Shown in pieces: positions 60,507 to 64,000 of a stretch of 64,000 nt of DNA. The DNA lies in assembly GCA_963802225.1 (NCBI GenBank), contig CAWDHZ010000014.1, positions 71,022 through 135,021 on the forward strand. The letters run 5' to 3'. The notes below the pieces were generated by a model. It was not told the DNA's origin. It did no database searches and saw only the letters and a program-made list of their open reading frames with translations. This DNA is from an uncultured delta proteobacterium (GTDB taxonomy: Bacteria; Desulfobacterota; Syntrophia; Syntrophales; UBA2192). The position numbers and the translations under genes are program-made. The stretch's first letter is position 1, and each line of letters starts with the position of its first letter.

Positions 60507-62019
60507 TTACCGGATGTGGCGCTCCCAGAGGGCCCTCGAGTCAACAGGCTGCATCTGCTCGTTGTACTTGGGGTTCTTCCCCTCGAAGTGCACGTAGTCG
60601 TAGGGCTTGCCTTCCCGGTACTCGCCGGTGGCCGTGTTCTTCGTGCCCCAGCTGTCGCTCCGGTAGACGGCGCCCCCCTCCATCGAGGAGATCCAGTCCT
60701 GCTGGCCCCGGATGTAGCTTGTCCGCTGGTAGTCGATGTAGTCCATGCTTTTCTGCCTCTCGTCGTAGGCGGCCTGCATCATCTGGCGGATCTCCTGGGC
60801 GTTGCGGGTCACCATGGCCGAGGTCTGCTGCTGCATCTCGCGCAGCCTGCGGGCCCCCTGGGCGGCGTAGTCCGACGCCCAGCGCTCGTTGATCTTGTAG
60901 GAGCCGAGCATGTCGGCGAAATTGCCGGCCCAGGGGCCGAAGCGCTCCGCTCGGGGCCGTCACGGTCAGGTGCCGAAAGCTCCAGTTGGTCCCGAGACGC
61001 GAGCCGAAGGAGATCCCGAAGGTGTATCCCCGGGTCGCCTTTCCCTCCTTGTTCGTGAAGGTGTAGATGAGCTCCTCGACGGTGACGGGCCCCGCCGTGT
61101 AGGTCTGCCCCATCTGCCGGGCCATGTCGGCCCGCGGGATCACCTTCTCGAAGCGCATGTTCGAGGCAAGCCCGTAGCGCGCCGTGATGAACTGCCAGGC
61201 CTGGCCGGGGGCGAGGTACGGCGAGACGAGGATGCCGGGCTGGTTGACCCTCATCTGCGGGGTGAGCAGGTCGACGTTGCCCGAGATGAACGAGTAGCCG
61301 CCGGGATCCCCTGCGACAAAGGTCCCCTTGCCGTGGTCCTGGCACTGCCAGCCCTGCGGTATCACGAAGGAGGCCGAGCCGTCCCTCAGGCGGTAGGGAA
61401 CCAGCTGCACCCGGACGGGGGCTGCCGCAGCCTGGGGGGCAACAGCACCCTTCATGACGCGGATGTTGGAAAGGACGGTGAGAAGCGTGGGCTTCATCGC
61501 CGAGAGCTGCCCTGCCGGCGCCTCGATGCGGGCACAGGCGGATTGGCCCCCCTGCAGGGACACCCACGAGCGGAACTCGGTCTTGCCCCGCTTCGGAGGC
61601 GAGTAGGTCCCGTCGAAGGCGAGCGACGATCCGTCACGGGACGCAAAGGCGCTCCGGATCTCCAGGTCCGGCGCTGCACGGCCGAGCTTGGCGGCCTCGC
61701 GCTTTGCCAGGGACGTCACGTTTTCGCCCTGCGAAGCCGCCCCGGTCGAGAAGAACACGAAGGAACGCCCCGAGGGGTCCGAGGCGGTGACCTGGAGGGC
61801 CTGCCCGTCCGTTGACTCCTGCGCCTTCCACCCATTGGGGATGTAGAGGACGAAGGAGGCCTGCTGCGTGACGACCTTCTGCATCCCCGGGCCGGCAGGG
61901 GTCGCGGCCCGGGCGCCCTTGGCCGCCTGGGCCAAGCAGGTGCCGTGCAAAAGCACAAACGCCAAGGCGGTGATGACGGTCAGACACGGCGTGCGGCTTG
62001 GGTTGACACGAATGCTCAT
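60507..62019 (-). CDS. Exported hypothetical protein with two related IPxGW domains (frameshift near 60945)
   Basis: GGAGG RBS, signal peptide, YIPNGWK and VIPQGWQ segments, Gln/Met-rich helix, C-terminus in ORF 60507..60911. Confidence 0.75.
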
Positions 62020-62304
62020 GGCTTTCCTCCTTGTGACACCAATCTCAATGGACTATCCCAAATCAATTCACCCCTCTTAACTGCGGGAAAAATAAGCGAA
62101 TCGGAACCACTGTGCCATTGTGGCACAATCCGGGTCCATCCGGTAACGGCTCCCCGGCGGACTCAGGGCGAGCCAACCATCGAGAACAAAAGCAGATTTG
62201 TCAACTCCGGCCCTGCGGCACGCCTGATGCTCATCCCGGAGACCAGAAAGGACAAGGTCAATCCAAAGGGTCTTTGAACTCGCATAAAAGAGAGGGTTGC
62301 AAGA

Positions 62305-62666
62305 TGAAAGTGCTCAAAGTGTTGTTCGTCCTGTTTTGCCTCCTGGCTTACGCGTGGGCATTCAGCAGACCTGTGCAGGCGCAGGTTTTTCAAACCCTGT
62401 ACGCTTCGTACCCGACGAACTCAGCCGCCGGGGACACGCTTCCTTTCAAGGCGCTGGTCGAGAGGACCAGTCCGCTTTTCGCCGACAGGCAGATGACATT
62501 AAAGATCGCCGATGTCCCCGCGGGCCAGCAGGTCATGGTCCTGGAGAAATACATCACGAATCAAAGTGATCGACTCCTCATCCTCCTGGTGACGTATGCC
62601 GGCAAGGACGGAAAGGAGCGCACGGGCTGGTTCTGCGGCACCCTGCATGTCCACTATCCCCATTAG
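62305..62666 (+). CDS. Small exported hypothetical protein
   Basis: GAGG RBS, MKVLKVLF..VQA signal peptide. Confidence 0.65.
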
Positions 62667-62725
62667 CGCACGGTACCGGTCCCGGCCCTATTGCCGTCGT
62701 TGCTTCATTCCCTCGCGCCCCGGCA

Positions 62726-63616
62726 TCATTTCCCCGCAGCGGCTGTCCCCGAAAGCCGCTGGGCCTCGCTGCAGGCGTCCTTCGGGTTGCGGTTCAGCAG
62801 GTGCGACAGAGCTTCGACATTTTTCTCGTCGGGTTTCTTCGCCTCGAGGGATTGAAGCCACCGCGCCTCCAGATCTGTCAACGCAAGCCCGAAGACCTCC
62901 TCCCAGGACCGCTTCCCGTCTTCCGAGAGCCGCCAGAAGCGCTTCATCTTCTCCGCTCCGTGGCTTGCCAGGAGGTATTCTCCGAAGGAGCCGGATTCGG
63001 CGTACATGACGTGCTGGCGGGGCTTGTCCAGTACGACGGGCACTCCCCCGCGGGTGGACATCCCCCACTGCTCGTGATCGGGCCCCAGGTCCGAAAGGTT
63101 GATGTAGGCTTGTTTCCGGCGGAAGGCCTCTACCCATTCGTCGGAGCGGAATCCGCACATGGGAAAGGTGATGGGATTGCCGAAACGCACCTCCATGGGG
63201 ATTCCCATCATGTTGCGGACGAGTTTGTCGGGACTGATGAAGATGGCGTGGGTCAGCTTGTGCGCCACCATCTGGGGCTCCTTGTCCACGCCGAAGATCC
63301 GGACAACGCGGACCTTGCGGTTTCCCTCCTTGACCATGAGGAAGACCGTGGAATAGGTCCCGCCCCGCGGCTCGTCGAACTCCAGTCGGATCTTGCCGAG
63401 ATTTTCTACCTTCGGGCCCGCGTCATAGAACCGGAGGACCTTGTCGAGCTTCTCCAGGGCATCCTTGGTCAGGGACGCCTGACGATCGACGGAGAGATTT
63501 CCCGTCAGATCACGGACAACAAAGACGTCCGCCTCCAAGGCTGCAAGGCTTGACGGAATGAAAAGCAGCAGGAACAGTGCCGCCAGAGAAACCGATCCCG
63601 CAAACTTCGTCTTCAT
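62726..63616 (-). CDS. Exported gluzincin/peptidase-MA-like protein with degenerate HExxH
   Basis: Signal peptide; AHKLTH; Y.ESGSF.EYL...HG.EK, E.VFG.....LE..W. Confidence 0.65.
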   Translation of the reverse strand: MKTKFAGSVSLAALFLLLFIPSSLAALEADVFVVRDLTGNLSVDRQASLTKDALEKLDKVLRFYDAGPKVENLGKIRLEFDEPRGGTYSTVFLMVKEGNRKVRVVRIFGVDKEPQMVAHKLTHAIFISPDKLVRNMMGIPMEVRFGNPITFPMCGFRSDEWVEAFRRKQAYINLSDLGPDHEQWGMSTRGGVPVVLDKPRQHVMYAESGSFGEYLLASHGAEKMKRFWRLSEDGKRSWEEVFGLALTDLEARWLQSLEAKKPDEKNVEALSHLLNRNPKDACSEAQRLSGTAAAGK

Positions 63617-63649
63617 TTCCCCTCCTTTGCCGCAGGCCCGTGGAAAGGC

Positions 63650-64000
63650 TCAGCGCGAGAGAAGACTCGGAAGCACGGTGATGAACCACGGGAAAACAGT
63701 CAGGATGACCAGCACCACCAGCAGGGCATACAGGTAGGGCAGGCACGCCTTCACGACGCGCTCGATGGGCACCTTGGAGATGGCGCTCGCCACGAAGAGA
63801 TCAAGGCCCACCGGCGGGGTGATGCAGCCGATGGCCAGGTTGACGACCATGAGCACGCCGAAGAACAGGGGGTCGATGCCCAGGGTCTTGGCCACGGGCA
63901 GGAAGATCGGGGTCAGGATGACCACCGCTGCCGAAGCGTTGACCATGGTGCCGGCGATGAGCAGCAGGATGTTCATCGCAAACAGGAACAGGATCGGCGA
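63650..64000 (-). CDS. dctM: TRAP transporter large permease, 3' part (starts beyond window)
   Basis: PIFLP....GIDP..FG.....NLAIG.ITPPVG..LFV. Confidence 0.92.
   Translation of the reverse strand, partial: SPILFLFAMNILLLIAGTMVNASAAVVILTPIFLPVAKTLGIDPLFFGVLMVVNLAIGCITPPVGLDLFVASAISKVPIERVVKACLPYLYALLVVLVILTVFPWFITVLPSLLSR

Overview
GC-rich bacterial chromosome segment whose gene content and protein style suggest an anaerobic Desulfobacterota/Syntrophales-like organism (inference). In order it carries: (1) a minus-strand complex I operon nuoA-B-C-D-E-[2Fe-2S Fd]-F-G-H-I-J-K(partial) with a HydBC/BfuBC-like input module, a clear sigma54 promoter and an adjacent sigma54 activator; (2) a complete aromatic amino acid supercluster (aroF-aroB-pheA-aroD-aroE-aroA-aroK-aroC-tyrA and trpE-G-D-C-F-B-A), each half headed by a leader-peptide attenuator with twin interlocking terminators, the aro leader carrying Phe, Trp and Tyr codons; (3) a cobalamin uptake/salvage cluster (btuF, btuC, btuD, btuB, tonB, cbiB, cbiA) with two internal cobalamin riboswitches, interrupted by an AT-richer island of exported proteins plus a DUF2844/DUF3443 pair; (4) many exported hypothetical proteins, a partly duplicated MFS gene, cyclophilin, ptb-ptb-buk, bacterioferritin, a QueG-like protein and a partial TRAP permease. 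Three families of tiny intergenic repeats (a CCCCCTTT-N3-AAAGGGGG palindrome, 7-mer and 8-mer tandem arrays) sit at gene junctions, nest in each other and enter a riboswitch loop and the trpB/trpA junction. About 18 apparent single-base frameshifts in conserved genes suggest uncorrected consensus errors. No rRNA, tRNA, CRISPR array or transposase was recognised.
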